Shown one piece after another: positions 10,078-20,349 of a DNA stretch of 64,000 nucleotides (positions are counted from its first letter, which is position 1; every line of letters begins with the position of its first letter). The notes beneath the pieces are model-generated. The model worked only from the letters and a program-made list of their open reading frames with translations. It was not told the origin of the DNA and did not search any database. The translations under genes and the position numbers were made by a program. This DNA is from Firmicutes bacterium UBA3920 (GTDB taxonomy: Bacteria; Bacillota; Clostridia; Caldicoprobacterales; Xylanivirgaceae), in NCBI GenBank assembly GCA_002386065.1, contig DGES01000026.1, positions 20,587 through 84,586 of the forward strand, written 5' to 3'.

Positions 10078-10179
10078 TTGAGTTCCCACATTTTTTATAA
10101 AACCATCATGAAGCATTATAAGTTAATCCGTTCTACAAACTTATAAATTTTTGTTTTATCTTTTGTGGAAACTCAAAAA
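10078..10179. repeat. palindromic intergenic element (two inverted arms of a dispersed ~26-nt repeat); may terminate the PAP2-like gene
   Basis: Left arm TTGAGTTCCCACATTTTTTATAAAAC (10078-10103). Right arm GTTTTATCTTTTGTGGAAACTCAAAAA (10153-10179). Related arms at 20202, 34206, 45734 and 60073/60189. Confidence 0.5.
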
Positions 10180-10247
10180 TCAAAAAAATAATGAAATTAG
10201 CCTTAAAAACGCAAAATAAAACTAAAATTCGAAATAATTCCTGAACT

Positions 10248-10916
10248 TTATTGGAAATAGGCTACAGTCTTTTCTCTATCTTTCTCTGTCTCCACTAATT
10301 GAGGCAACAGATATATGGAAAAATATAAAACTCCAGATAATACAATAGCCCATATAACATCTAATACTGAGTGTTGCTTTATTAATACCGTAGATGCACA
10401 TATAAAGAGCATAATACCTAATGAAGTAAATCTTAAGATTCGATTTTCTTTAAACGGCTCATATCTAATGAGAGCAATATGTATTGCAATAGAGTTTAAC
10501 ACGTGTATACTAGGGGCTACATTAGTGGGAGTATCTTTTTCATATATATTCTTAATGGCTTTTGAAAAGATATCATCAGCAGTAATAACAGGGCGAAGAT
10601 TCTGTCCATTAGGTAAAACTGTATATACAGTATAACATATAACCATGCCAATAAATATAAATAAAAATAATCTATAATAATCTTTTTTAGATACAAAACC
10701 TAGATATATAAATCCAAAAGCCATATATATATACCAAAATAGATATGGTACTACAAATTCTTTAACAAATGGAATCTTAAGGTCTATTGGCGAAAACATA
10801 ATATATTTAGGTACAACTGTCTTCTCGCAATATATAAACCATATATATAATATTCTAAAGAGGATAAGCAATAGAAAATGTCTGTATTGTTCCCATATTT
10901 TTTTCAAGACAATCAC
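10248..10916 (-). CDS. PAP2-superfamily membrane phosphatase-like protein
   Basis: Multi-pass membrane protein with NLRP ... PSIHV ... HSVLDV, matching the tripartite PAP2 signature. Confidence 0.65.
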   Translation of the reverse strand: MIVLKKIWEQYRHFLLLILFRILYIWFIYCEKTVVPKYIMFSPIDLKIPFVKEFVVPYLFWYIYMAFGFIYLGFVSKKDYYRLFLFIFIGMVICYTVYTVLPNGQNLRPVITADDIFSKAIKNIYEKDTPTNVAPSIHVLNSIAIHIALIRYEPFKENRILRFTSLGIMLFICASTVLIKQHSVLDVIWAIVLSGVLYFSIYLLPQLVETEKDREKTVAYFQ

Positions 10917-11114
10917 CTCCTAATTTTTTAATTAATTGCTACATCATAATCCTGCATCTCCCAGATATTTTATAACCTTTGTTTTAAAATTTTGTTAATT
11001 TATCCTTACATTTTTATAACAACTTATATAATAATTTATATTCTTTGGCATACTTGTAAAAAATCATAGTATATTTTAAAATAAAGGTATGCCTTAATAT
11101 ATGGAGGGTAAAGC

Positions 11115-13280
11115 ATGAACACCAAAAAATTTGTTTTACTTTTATGTCTCACCATAACGATAATATTGTTTCTTTTCAAAATATATTGGATAAAAACTGA
11201 CCGTGCTAAAGAAAAAATTAGTCTTTTTTTTAATGCAGTTTTAAGCAAAGATGATATGTCATATGAAGAACATATACACCCACATTATGAAGGAAATCTA
11301 GAACTCATCAACTTTTTATATGAAAATAGAGACTATATAACATATGATATTATGTCAACTAAAATAATTAATACAAGGGAATATAAAGTATTAGTTACTC
11401 TCCAGTATAAAAATAATAATATTCCCTTGACTTTTATAGTTGAAAAATTTAATAAAAAATTGTGCATCAGTCATATACCCAATTATAAATTTATACCTGC
11501 TGCCCTATTTCTAGAGAAAGACAATCATAATATAACTGTAGATATTCAAGGGAAAAAAGTATCTTATATATGTAAATATCCCTTCTCTACAGAAAAATGG
11601 ACTCCTATATCCCTACATATAATAGATAATTATATATTCTATCATGAAATATTAGAAATGCATAATGTATCAAAAGTGCTTCAAAGAAATTATGAGGTTA
11701 TTGAAGATATATATGTAGGAAACATACAAGTAGTTAAAAATATACCCATCTATATGAGTGGAAATGATGAAGTTATCTATTCCAATTATGACAATATACC
11801 CATTGGTACAGAAAATATATACATATATTCCGATGATAACAACATAGGACAGTTAGCCATATTAGATCGTCAAAAACTACCTAAAAATAAAATAAGGGTA
11901 CTCTTAAATGACTCATCATATAAAAACAAATATCATGAACAAATCAGTCTTATACTTGGTACTTCATGCATAATAAAAGAATATAGTGGTGTCGTACCAC
12001 AAAAATTTCATTTTGAAGAAGGTGATGAACTTCTATTCAAAACAGGCAGTAACGGTATTGACTTGTACTATAAAGGAAACATACTTTCTACAACTTCTCG
12101 TAGATGGCATATAGAGGGAAATGATGATAATATCTTTTATATAAAAGATATTAAAAGAGAATTTAGCAAACATTTAGATAAAGGTACCTGCTATAAAGGG
12201 AACTTAGAAATAGCAATAGGGGTAGAAGGCCTAATTTTAATAAACGAGCTAGATATAGAAAAATACCTATATTCCGTTGTAACAAGTGAAATGCCTGTTG
12301 CTTTTGGATTAGAAGCACTCAAAGTACAAGCCATAGTTGCACGAGCATATGCCGTAGCTGCTATAAATCGCTCCGGTTTTGCCATATATGGTGCCCATCT
12401 AGATGATAGTACAGCAAGTCAAATGTATAATAATATAGAAGAGAGTCCTATAGCTATAGAAGCAGTAAATAGCACATGTGGATTAGTTCCATTTTTTGAA
12501 GATGAAATAGCAGACACCCGTTTTTTTTCGACTTCATGTGGTTATACAGCTGAATATAGTGAAGTATGGAGCGATAGCGAAGGTAAATTCCCAGGGATTC
12601 AAAAACCTTATCTTCGAGCAAAGCCTCAATACATAGGTGATAGTCCAAGCCTTCACAATGAAGAAAACTTTAGAGCTTTTATAGATAATATAAATAATAC
12701 ATCATTCGATCGATTCTCTCCTATGTTTCGATGGTCAGTAAAATTTTCAAGGGAACAGTTGGAAAACTCAATAGCCTATAATCTCCCCATTGTTCAAGAG
12801 GAAGATCCTAATTTTATACTCACCTTCGTAGGCGATAATAAATATGAATATGAGACAATACCTGATGACATTGGTAAACTCTTAAATATAACCGTTACCA
12901 AACGAGGACAAGGTGGTAATATAATGGAGCTTGAAATATCTACTACAAGTGGTATCTACAAAGTAAAAAAAGAACTCAATATAAGAAATGTAATAAAACC
13001 AATAGATTATATAGATAAAAACCCAGTAGAATTGAAATGTCATGATGGAACCATAAGAGAAAATTTCCCTCTGCTTCCAAGTGCCTTTGCATATATAGAT
13101 ATTGAGCGAGATACTGATGGAAATATAACCTACATAACAGTTGTAGGAGGAGGTTATGGACATGGAGTAGGTATGAGTCAATATGGGACTTATGGACTCT
13201 GCCTACTCGGGAAAAATTATATAGAGATACTTGAACACTATTATCCAGAATGTGAATTGAAAAAATATAATCTTAACTAA
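11115..13280 (+). CDS. SpoIID/LytB domain-containing protein
   Basis: 721 aa, N-terminal signal/TM. EALKVQAIVARAYAV and STSCGYT motifs of the SpoIID/LytB amidase-enhancer family. Confidence 0.85.
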   Translation: MNTKKFVLLLCLTITIILFLFKIYWIKTDRAKEKISLFFNAVLSKDDMSYEEHIHPHYEGNLELINFLYENRDYITYDIMSTKIINTREYKVLVTLQYKNNNIPLTFIVEKFNKKLCISHIPNYKFIPAALFLEKDNHNITVDIQGKKVSYICKYPFSTEKWTPISLHIIDNYIFYHEILEMHNVSKVLQRNYEVIEDIYVGNIQVVKNIPIYMSGNDEVIYSNYDNIPIGTENIYIYSDDNNIGQLAILDRQKLPKNKIRVLLNDSSYKNKYHEQISLILGTSCIIKEYSGVVPQKFHFEEGDELLFKTGSNGIDLYYKGNILSTTSRRWHIEGNDDNIFYIKDIKREFSKHLDKGTCYKGNLEIAIGVEGLILINELDIEKYLYSVVTSEMPVAFGLEALKVQAIVARAYAVAAINRSGFAIYGAHLDDSTASQMYNNIEESPIAIEAVNSTCGLVPFFEDEIADTRFFSTSCGYTAEYSEVWSDSEGKFPGIQKPYLRAKPQYIGDSPSLHNEENFRAFIDNINNTSFDRFSPMFRWSVKFSREQLENSIAYNLPIVQEEDPNFILTFVGDNKYEYETIPDDIGKLLNITVTKRGQGGNIMELEISTTSGIYKVKKELNIRNVIKPIDYIDKNPVELKCHDGTIRENFPLLPSAFAYIDIERDTDGNITYITVVGGGYGHGVGMSQYGTYGLCLLGKNYIEILEHYYPECELKKYNLN

Positions 13281-13285
13281 CGGAG

Positions 13286-14563
13286 ATGATAAACATGAAT
13301 ATAGATGCAATTCCAACTGAGGTTACAACTGTATTGAAACGTATTATGGATAAAGGACACGAAGCATATATCGTAGGGGGTGCCCTTAGAGATTATATAT
13401 TGAATAGACCTATACAAGACTGGGATATTGCCACTTCCCTCCTGCCAAATGAGATCGAGGCTACATTTAATGATGTTCATAAAGTAATAGTTGGAAAACG
13501 ATTCGGCACAATACAAGTTTTCATAGACAATACTCCCATTGAGATAACAACCTATCGCACAGAAGAATGCTATAGGGACTTTCGTCATCCAAGTAATGTG
13601 AATTTTACAACAAATATATATGAAGATCTTAAGAGGCGAGATTTCACCATGAATTCCCTAGCCTTTAATCCATTACTAGATAGAAAATCTTTTGTAGATC
13701 CATATGGAGGCTATCAAGATATTAAGAATAAGATTATAAGAACAGTAGGTAATCCCAATGAGAGATTTTTTGAAGATCCTCTGCGTATGATGCGAGCAAT
13801 ACGATTCGCATCTCAACTGGGATTTAATATAGATAAAGACACTCTATCTGCCATAGATAACAATAGCAAACTCATAAAAAATATATCAGCAGAACGAATA
13901 AAAGAAGAATTAGAACAGATATTGTTAGGCGAATTTACAAGCAAAGCCATTATTCTACTATATTCGTTGGGTATTCAAGAACATATTATACCTGAATCTA
14001 GAATCCTGATTGATCAGTCATATATGGAATATATAGCCTCTTATATTGACAAGTGTTCCTATAATATTGTTGAAAGACTATGTATGTTTCTAATATGGAC
14101 TACTAAATTAGAAGATAGAAAGACTATTATAAATAAAATTCTCAAGCGACTGAAATATGACAACCAAACAAGACAAGATGTAATAAATATATTATCTACT
14201 TTAGATACACCCATAAATTATGATTTAGCACCATATTTTATAAGGAAGACAATGGCAAGTATTGGCGTTAAAAATACTATCACAATGCTCAATTTGAAGG
14301 AATTGCTAGAATGCCAATCTAATAATATAAGTAAATTGAAAAAAATAGCTTTTATCATACTCAAAGAAAATCACCCTATATCGAGATCTCAACTTGAGAT
14401 AAATGGACATGATATAATGAAATTGGGTATAGGCGTTAAAGATGAACGTCAAATAGGGCAAGCACTGAATATGGTATATGATTGGGTACTTATGGAGCCT
14501 ACGTTAAATGACCGTAATATACTTATTGAAAAATTAAAAAGACATTATAAAGATAAAAAATGA
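13286..14563 (+). CDS. cca: CCA tRNA nucleotidyltransferase (poly(A) polymerase family)
   Basis: IVGGALRDYIL...DWDIAT head-domain motif, RRDFTMN, RAIRFA. Confidence 0.85.
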   Translation: MINMNIDAIPTEVTTVLKRIMDKGHEAYIVGGALRDYILNRPIQDWDIATSLLPNEIEATFNDVHKVIVGKRFGTIQVFIDNTPIEITTYRTEECYRDFRHPSNVNFTTNIYEDLKRRDFTMNSLAFNPLLDRKSFVDPYGGYQDIKNKIIRTVGNPNERFFEDPLRMMRAIRFASQLGFNIDKDTLSAIDNNSKLIKNISAERIKEELEQILLGEFTSKAIILLYSLGIQEHIIPESRILIDQSYMEYIASYIDKCSYNIVERLCMFLIWTTKLEDRKTIINKILKRLKYDNQTRQDVINILSTLDTPINYDLAPYFIRKTMASIGVKNTITMLNLKELLECQSNNISKLKKIAFIILKENHPISRSQLEINGHDIMKLGIGVKDERQIGQALNMVYDWVLMEPTLNDRNILIEKLKRHYKDKK

Positions 14564-14580
14564 TTCTATTCTTTAAGAAT

Positions 14581-15615
14581 TTAATCTCTTGTAGTTACAG
14601 GAAATAGAGCCATATATGTTATAAATATCAACCCAATAATACCTAGTATTGGATAAAATATAGAAACTATATTTGAAAATCCAAACTTTGCAAATAGTGA
14701 AATTATAATGATCATACATATGAAAACCACATTTTGCAGATAGCTTGGTACGAATCTTTCTAAAATTGAAGTTATTGAAAATAGATTAGCAATAAGCGTA
14801 GTAAATATGGCACCCCACAACATAAGCACATAACACCATCCAAATATAGGATTCACTGTCTTGGCAATATCTAGGAGAGGCATCTCCCTTAGAGATATAT
14901 GGGGCATATATGCAAAAATACAATAGTTAGATATAAATAGCATAATCCCTATCACTAGTCCTCCAATATAGCCTCCCCGTCTAGATATAAAACTGTTTTC
15001 AATTCTATTCCCTAAGGGTGCCATTACACCTATACATAATATTGTATTATACGATGTATATATAAGAGATGACTTAAGAGAGTTAAATAAGGATTTTAAT
15101 GATATCATACTGCAGTTATGTAAATTTACAGGAAATTCTATATGATATACAAACAATATAATGTCAAACAAAAGTATCATAGGTATTATAATTATATTTG
15201 CATTTAAAAGACCGTCTAACCCATTTATTATGGCCAATACTGCAAATCCTGCTGTTATTAATATGCACAGCCAATAATATTTACTAAACAAAGCGCCGGC
15301 GCCGGCAAACATTGCAACAGATATAATCACATATACTATGAACAGATATATATCAACAAATGGTGCCAGTCCTTTAAATATATCCTTAATCATATCACCA
15401 TAACAGTTGACATTAAGTTTCCGTCCTAGTACTAATATATTACTACCAATACACATAAATAACATAGTAGATATCAATAGCGACACATAAGATATTTTCC
15501 CATAATTTGTAAAAAATATGCATATTTCACGCCCTGATGCAAAGCCGGCACCTATAACAGTCCCTATATATGTGGATGCAACCTTAATGACATATTTAGA
15601 TTTCTCCCTATCCAT
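14581..15615 (-). CDS. YkvI-family membrane protein
   Basis: Polytopic. VASTYIGTVIGAGFASGREI N-terminal motif resembles YkvI-type transporters. Confidence 0.6.
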   Translation of the reverse strand: MDREKSKYVIKVASTYIGTVIGAGFASGREICIFFTNYGKISYVSLLISTMLFMCIGSNILVLGRKLNVNCYGDMIKDIFKGLAPFVDIYLFIVYVIISVAMFAGAGALFSKYYWLCILITAGFAVLAIINGLDGLLNANIIIIPMILLFDIILFVYHIEFPVNLHNCSMISLKSLFNSLKSSLIYTSYNTILCIGVMAPLGNRIENSFISRRGGYIGGLVIGIMLFISNYCIFAYMPHISLREMPLLDIAKTVNPIFGWCYVLMLWGAIFTTLIANLFSITSILERFVPSYLQNVVFICMIIIISLFAKFGFSNIVSIFYPILGIIGLIFITYMALFPVTTRD

Positions 15616-15716
15616 ATATAATATTACCCCCCTTTGAATATTGAAATACTATTAACAGAATATTCAAAAGGGGGCTTCATCATACATCTTATAATTAATT
15701 CTTACAGCATGCTTTC

Positions 15717-17429
15717 CTATATCTCTATAATCTTCTCCAGTTTTTTAAGATTATTATTTATACTATTTGGAGTTATATTATAAAGTCTAGCTAATTCATT
15801 TTTACTCACATCTATATCATGTTGCGTACAATAATAATATTCCAAAGTAGCAGCCCAAGTTTCAATTTTATATATTCTTGGAAGTCTATCTGGATATAGC
15901 GATTTTATAAACCTTGACCATATCTCCTCTATATAATCTTCATATCCTGTTTCATATCTCTCTGCCATAGTTTCTATAGTAAACTCAAAAACCTTCTTAT
16001 ATTTACTAGGAAGCTCTATCTTGTTTAAATCAATTATACTCACCTTTACTTCCACAACACTATCATTTATATACGCAACATATGGTTCTTTCGCATCCAT
16101 ACGCTTTAAATATGCTAAAGCTTCTCTTTTTTGCTCATCTTTTTCATTCCTCTTTAGTATATAATTCCTCAAAAAATTCTCAGCTTTACCATCTTTAAAG
16201 TTAGATACTGTAGCAAGAATCGCCCTTTTTATTATATCATCATTTAAAGCAATTCCCCAGTTAAAAAGATTGTATATAGTATCATCCTCTAACCATCTTT
16301 GCCTTTGTTCCTCAGAGGGCATATTGATGTATTCATTTATCCGCTTAACCCTATTTACCATTTCATCATAGGGAACCTGGTAGTTATAAGATATCTCCTT
16401 AATTTCTCTTTGACCCTTCAATACTTGAAGAGTATAACGTCTATAATACGCACTTATAGTATTCCTAGGAGAGATCTTACTTACTTTGTCCCAATATGAT
16501 AGAGCTTCACTATAGCGTTTTAAATTAAAAGATGCAACTGCGATATAATGTAGAACTCTAACGTCATATGGCTTATACTGAAGAAGTAACTTCAAATATC
16601 TATAAGCTTCACTATGCCTTTTAAGTTCACATAGTGTAACAGCGATTTTGTGTATATCTTCTCCATCAGTAATAGACATATCCATAAGGCCTTGTATATA
16701 ATCTTCAGCTCTCTCCAATTCTCCATTTTCGTGTAAGAAAAGGGCCATATTACAAAGTGCATGTACATTTAAAGGAAAATCTTCTAACATTTTTAAAGTA
16801 GTATCAATTGCATTATCCAAATCGCCTATACAAAAATATGCTAGAGCAAGGTTGTTCCTTGCAAATACCATAGAAGGATCACGCTTTACCACTTTTTTTA
16901 GTTGCTTTATTGCCTTTTTATACTCGCCCCGATCCATGAATATTTTACCTTTATTAGCCATATCATATAGTTGTTCATCTTCTAAATCTATATCCTCTAA
17001 TGCTTGAAAAAAGAATTCTTCATCTTGTAGTATGGCAAGTAGATATCTAGCATCTTCTGAGTATATTCCATTATTATCAACCTGAAGATATTTGTCAAAA
17101 CATTCTTCGGCCTTATTAAAATCCTGCAACCCTAAAAAATTACATCCTAACCCAAAGTAACAATCAGAAAGTACCTTTTTTCTGCGAAGCATCGAAAATA
17201 ATATCTTATTAGACTCTTCAAAATAGTTCATCTCCGTAAACGTATCTGCCAAGTCCAACATATAATTAAGATTATCCGGGTCTTTCTCCACAGCTTTTCT
17301 GTAAAAGTTTAGAGCATCTATATATTGATTATTCTCCTCATATTTTTTTGCTTTTCTATAAAAAAATTCACCATCTTGGTCAAATGGTATAATTTTCCCC
17401 TTAGCCTTTGCAAATAATTCTCTAGTCAT
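15717..17429 (-). CDS. tetratricopeptide-repeat protein
   Basis: Repeated A..Y/F..A....P 34-residue TPR pattern through the N-terminal two thirds. 570 aa. Confidence 0.75.
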   Translation of the reverse strand: MTRELFAKAKGKIIPFDQDGEFFYRKAKKYEENNQYIDALNFYRKAVEKDPDNLNYMLDLADTFTEMNYFEESNKILFSMLRRKKVLSDCYFGLGCNFLGLQDFNKAEECFDKYLQVDNNGIYSEDARYLLAILQDEEFFFQALEDIDLEDEQLYDMANKGKIFMDRGEYKKAIKQLKKVVKRDPSMVFARNNLALAYFCIGDLDNAIDTTLKMLEDFPLNVHALCNMALFLHENGELERAEDYIQGLMDMSITDGEDIHKIAVTLCELKRHSEAYRYLKLLLQYKPYDVRVLHYIAVASFNLKRYSEALSYWDKVSKISPRNTISAYYRRYTLQVLKGQREIKEISYNYQVPYDEMVNRVKRINEYINMPSEEQRQRWLEDDTIYNLFNWGIALNDDIIKRAILATVSNFKDGKAENFLRNYILKRNEKDEQKREALAYLKRMDAKEPYVAYINDSVVEVKVSIIDLNKIELPSKYKKVFEFTIETMAERYETGYEDYIEEIWSRFIKSLYPDRLPRIYKIETWAATLEYYYCTQHDIDVSKNELARLYNITPNSINNNLKKLEKIIEI

Positions 17430-17510
17430 ATCATTCTCCTAATTCTATAAATTTTTGCAAGGGTTAAGCTCCATGCCTCTCTTAAGGTATGATTATAACA
17501 TAAAATCAAT

Positions 17511-18410
17511 TTAAGTGCTAGATGCTTGTCTTATAAGCTCTTTAAGTTCGTCAGCATTAAAATTATATTTTTTATTACAGTAATGACATACTAATTCGGC
17601 TTTACCATCATTTTTTAATATATCTTCTAATTCTTCCTTACCAAGACTTATAAGAACAGATTCTAAGCGCTTTCTATTACAATCACATTTAAACAATACA
17701 TCTAGATATTGATTGATTTTTAACCCATATTCTCCTATAATGTCTTCCAGTATATTCTCTGGTGTCTTGCCATTTGCTATTTGAGTAGAAACCGGAGTTG
17801 TTTTTGATAATTTCTTTTCTATATCCTCTATAAGTTCATCAGGCGCACCAGGCATAGGCTGTATTATAAAGCCACCAGATGCTTTTATGCTTAGATCAGG
17901 ATTTACCAAAACTCCTAAAGCAGTAGCAGAAGGTTGCTGTTCTGATACAGCAAAATAATATGTTATGTCTTCAGCTATTTCTCCCGTTACAATATCAACC
18001 TGTCCTATGTAAGGCTCTTTCAATTTATAATCCTTTATTACAGTCAATTTTCCATTCGTGCCTACTGCACCTGCAACATCAAGTTTTCCTTCAGAATTTA
18101 ATGGTAAGTCGACAAAGGGATTATCCACATATCCTTTTACCATACCTTTTGCATTTGCCACAACTACTATACTCCCAATGGGACCTCCTCCCTTTATTAT
18201 AATAGATAGGGTATCTCTTTCATTCTTTAGATCTATCGCCATCATAGATGCAGCAGTCATAGTCCGTCCTAGGGCAGCAGAGGCAATCGGATATAAATTA
18301 TGTGTTTTTCGAGCCGTTTCTACCATCTGTGTAGTCTGTGCTGCAAACGCTCTTATATATCCCTCTGCTGCTGTAGCTCTAATTATATAATCTTTCATAT
18401 GTTTAAACAC
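17511..18410 (-). CDS. hslO: Hsp33-family redox-regulated chaperone
   Basis: 299 aa. C-terminal zinc centre CDC...CHYC. Confidence 0.92.
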   Translation of the reverse strand: MFKHMKDYIIRATAAEGYIRAFAAQTTQMVETARKTHNLYPIASAALGRTMTAASMMAIDLKNERDTLSIIIKGGGPIGSIVVVANAKGMVKGYVDNPFVDLPLNSEGKLDVAGAVGTNGKLTVIKDYKLKEPYIGQVDIVTGEIAEDITYYFAVSEQQPSATALGVLVNPDLSIKASGGFIIQPMPGAPDELIEDIEKKLSKTTPVSTQIANGKTPENILEDIIGEYGLKINQYLDVLFKCDCNRKRLESVLISLGKEELEDILKNDGKAELVCHYCNKKYNFNADELKELIRQASST

Positions 18411-18426
18411 CCCAATATTATACTAT

Positions 18427-19164
18427 TTACATTTTTTGCGCAATAAATACCCATCTATGACTATCTATCTTAGGAGAATCAAAAGTTAAAGGATTAAATA
18501 CCTGGATGTTTGAAAAACCGGAATTTGCCAAAAAAGTCTTTACATCATTTAAGTTATAGGCGCGTTGATAATGAGTTTCATCAAAACGTCTATATCGATA
18601 TCCTTCTTTTACAAAAAAAGTTAAATCCATACAGCATATATCATCCTGTTCATCAAACGTATTAAACCATATAAAACTTATATCTTCACTTGCATCTGCC
18701 ATTATATTATCTTTAAGTACTTTGCTTAATTTATAATAAGAACTAATATCAAATAGTAAAATTCCCTGTCTGTTTAAAAGTTCATATATTTTTTTGAATA
18801 TAGATAGGAGCTCTATATCTGAAAGAATATAATTAAAACCATCACACATACATGTAATAGCATCAACCGGTCTATGTAATGCCAGATTTCGTATATCCTG
18901 ATGAATAAAAGGAATATCAAGTCCCCTATTTAAAGATTTTTCCTTTGCCACATATAACATATCCTCAGAATTATCTATCCCTATTATATTATATCCCTTC
19001 TCTGCAAGGAGAACCGTCATATTACCTGTACCACAAGCTATATCAACTACTGTCGATGGTGTATTATTCAATTTTCCAAATATCTTTTCAATATAATCGA
19101 CCCATTTATTATATCCGTAATCTTCCATTAATTTATCATAGACATAGGCAAAATTATTATATAT
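18427..19164 (-). CDS. class I SAM-dependent methyltransferase (start uncertain; conserved N-terminus extends upstream of the first ATG)
   Basis: VVDIACGTGN motif I. The in-frame sequence upstream of ATG 19128 reads IYNNFAYVYDKL, typical of this family. It is preceded by SD GAGAGGTGA, with only an ATA codon (19162-19164) at proper spacing. Confidence 0.75.
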   Translation of the reverse strand: MYNNFAYVYDKLMEDYGYNKWVDYIEKIFGKLNNTPSTVVDIACGTGNMTVLLAEKGYNIIGIDNSEDMLYVAKEKSLNRGLDIPFIHQDIRNLALHRPVDAITCMCDGFNYILSDIELLSIFKKIYELLNRQGILLFDISSYYKLSKVLKDNIMADASEDISFIWFNTFDEQDDICCMDLTFFVKEGYRYRRFDETHYQRAYNLNDVKTFLANSGFSNIQVFNPLTFDSPKIDSHRWVFIAQKM

Positions 19165-19186
19165 ATCAAATCACCTCTCAATCTAT

Positions 19187-20095
19187 CTAGTTAATTTGAT
19201 CATCTATATCATCCTTATTACCGTTGATATTATTTTCTCTACTCTCAGAATTAATATCTTGCCCTAATTTATTATCATCATCTAAAACAATGTCTTCATC
19301 ACTCTTAGCACCTTCAATATTCTTATTTAAATATTTATCAAATACCCAATTGGCATAGGATATAGAAATTAACATAGGCAGAGTAAAACCTATAATAAAC
19401 ATTGGTAAAACATAAAATCTTATTGATAGATAAAAAATTGCCATTGATATTACAAAAATAAATATAGTCCTGGGCAACTCTACAATCGTAAATATCAAAG
19501 CATTTTTATATATCTGTTTAATTTTTAATTTGTATGTGACGAGCATGGGAAATATGAACATATTCATCATTGCGAATATAATTCCCATCATCAATATAAA
19601 ATATCTAGGGATTAGATACCATTTACTATCGGCCACAGCAAGCTGCGTATATACAAACAGGGCTGTATAAAATAGCATTAGAGCTACACCGTTTATGAGC
19701 ATTATTAGAAGACTTTCTTTCCAATTTTCTTTCCACGCATCCTTGAAATCACTAAATATCCAAGCATGTTCGTCTTTAGCCCAGTTTCGTATTACATAGG
19801 TCACTCCAGCAGTAGCTGGACCTGCTATTACTAAGCAAGGTATGAGAATCAAAAAATAGTCTAACCCAAGTACTGCTTCTACATCAGTATGTGCCATTAC
19901 AAGCCCTTGCATATATGTCCATAAAATCGTAGGTATCCAAAATATTGAATACATAAGATTTAATTGAATAAGTTTCCAAAACCTTACCTTTAATACAGTA
20001 AAGAAAAGTTCAAATCGATTATCTGGCATATCTTCTAGTTTTAAATCTGGCTTTCTTGGATCGCCATAATACATTCTATTAAAAAACTTACCCAC
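19187..20095 (-). CDS. YesL/DUF624-like membrane protein with acidic C-terminal tail
   Basis: FFTVLKVRFWKLIQLNLMYSIFWIPT N-terminal pattern, several TM helices. Confidence 0.55.
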   Translation of the reverse strand: MGKFFNRMYYGDPRKPDLKLEDMPDNRFELFFTVLKVRFWKLIQLNLMYSIFWIPTILWTYMQGLVMAHTDVEAVLGLDYFLILIPCLVIAGPATAGVTYVIRNWAKDEHAWIFSDFKDAWKENWKESLLIMLINGVALMLFYTALFVYTQLAVADSKWYLIPRYFILMMGIIFAMMNMFIFPMLVTYKLKIKQIYKNALIFTIVELPRTIFIFVISMAIFYLSIRFYVLPMFIIGFTLPMLISISYANWVFDKYLNKNIEGAKSDEDIVLDDDNKLGQDINSESRENNINGNKDDIDDQIN

Positions 20096-20201
20096 ATTCA
20101 GTCAATCCTTCCCTATTTGAATTTTATTTCACAATAATTATTTAAAATTCATTGCACTACTTATTGTAACAATATTTAGAATATAGTTCAATAGAAATAA
20201 A

Positions 20202-20228
20202 CTTTGAGTTTTTACAAAAAATTAAAAC
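20202..20228. repeat. solo arm of the dispersed intergenic repeat
   Basis: CTTTGAGTTTTTACAAAAAATTAAAAC aligns with the 10078 arm and with the reverse complement of 60189-60214. Confidence 0.45.
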
Positions 20229-20349
20229 AAAATAAATAAATCCATAAATTACATTGACTTGTAATATTTTTCAACTGTTTGCAATGTTGAATACCAAAGT
20301 TGTTGACTTATCTATATCTTAGAAAAAAGCAAATACTAAAAAACAAAAG

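Noticed and set aside
10153-10179. GTTTTAT...GGAAAC repeat looked superficially like a CRISPR repeat
   Set aside because: The copies are scattered tens of kb apart, in both orientations, without regular spacers, and no cas genes are present.
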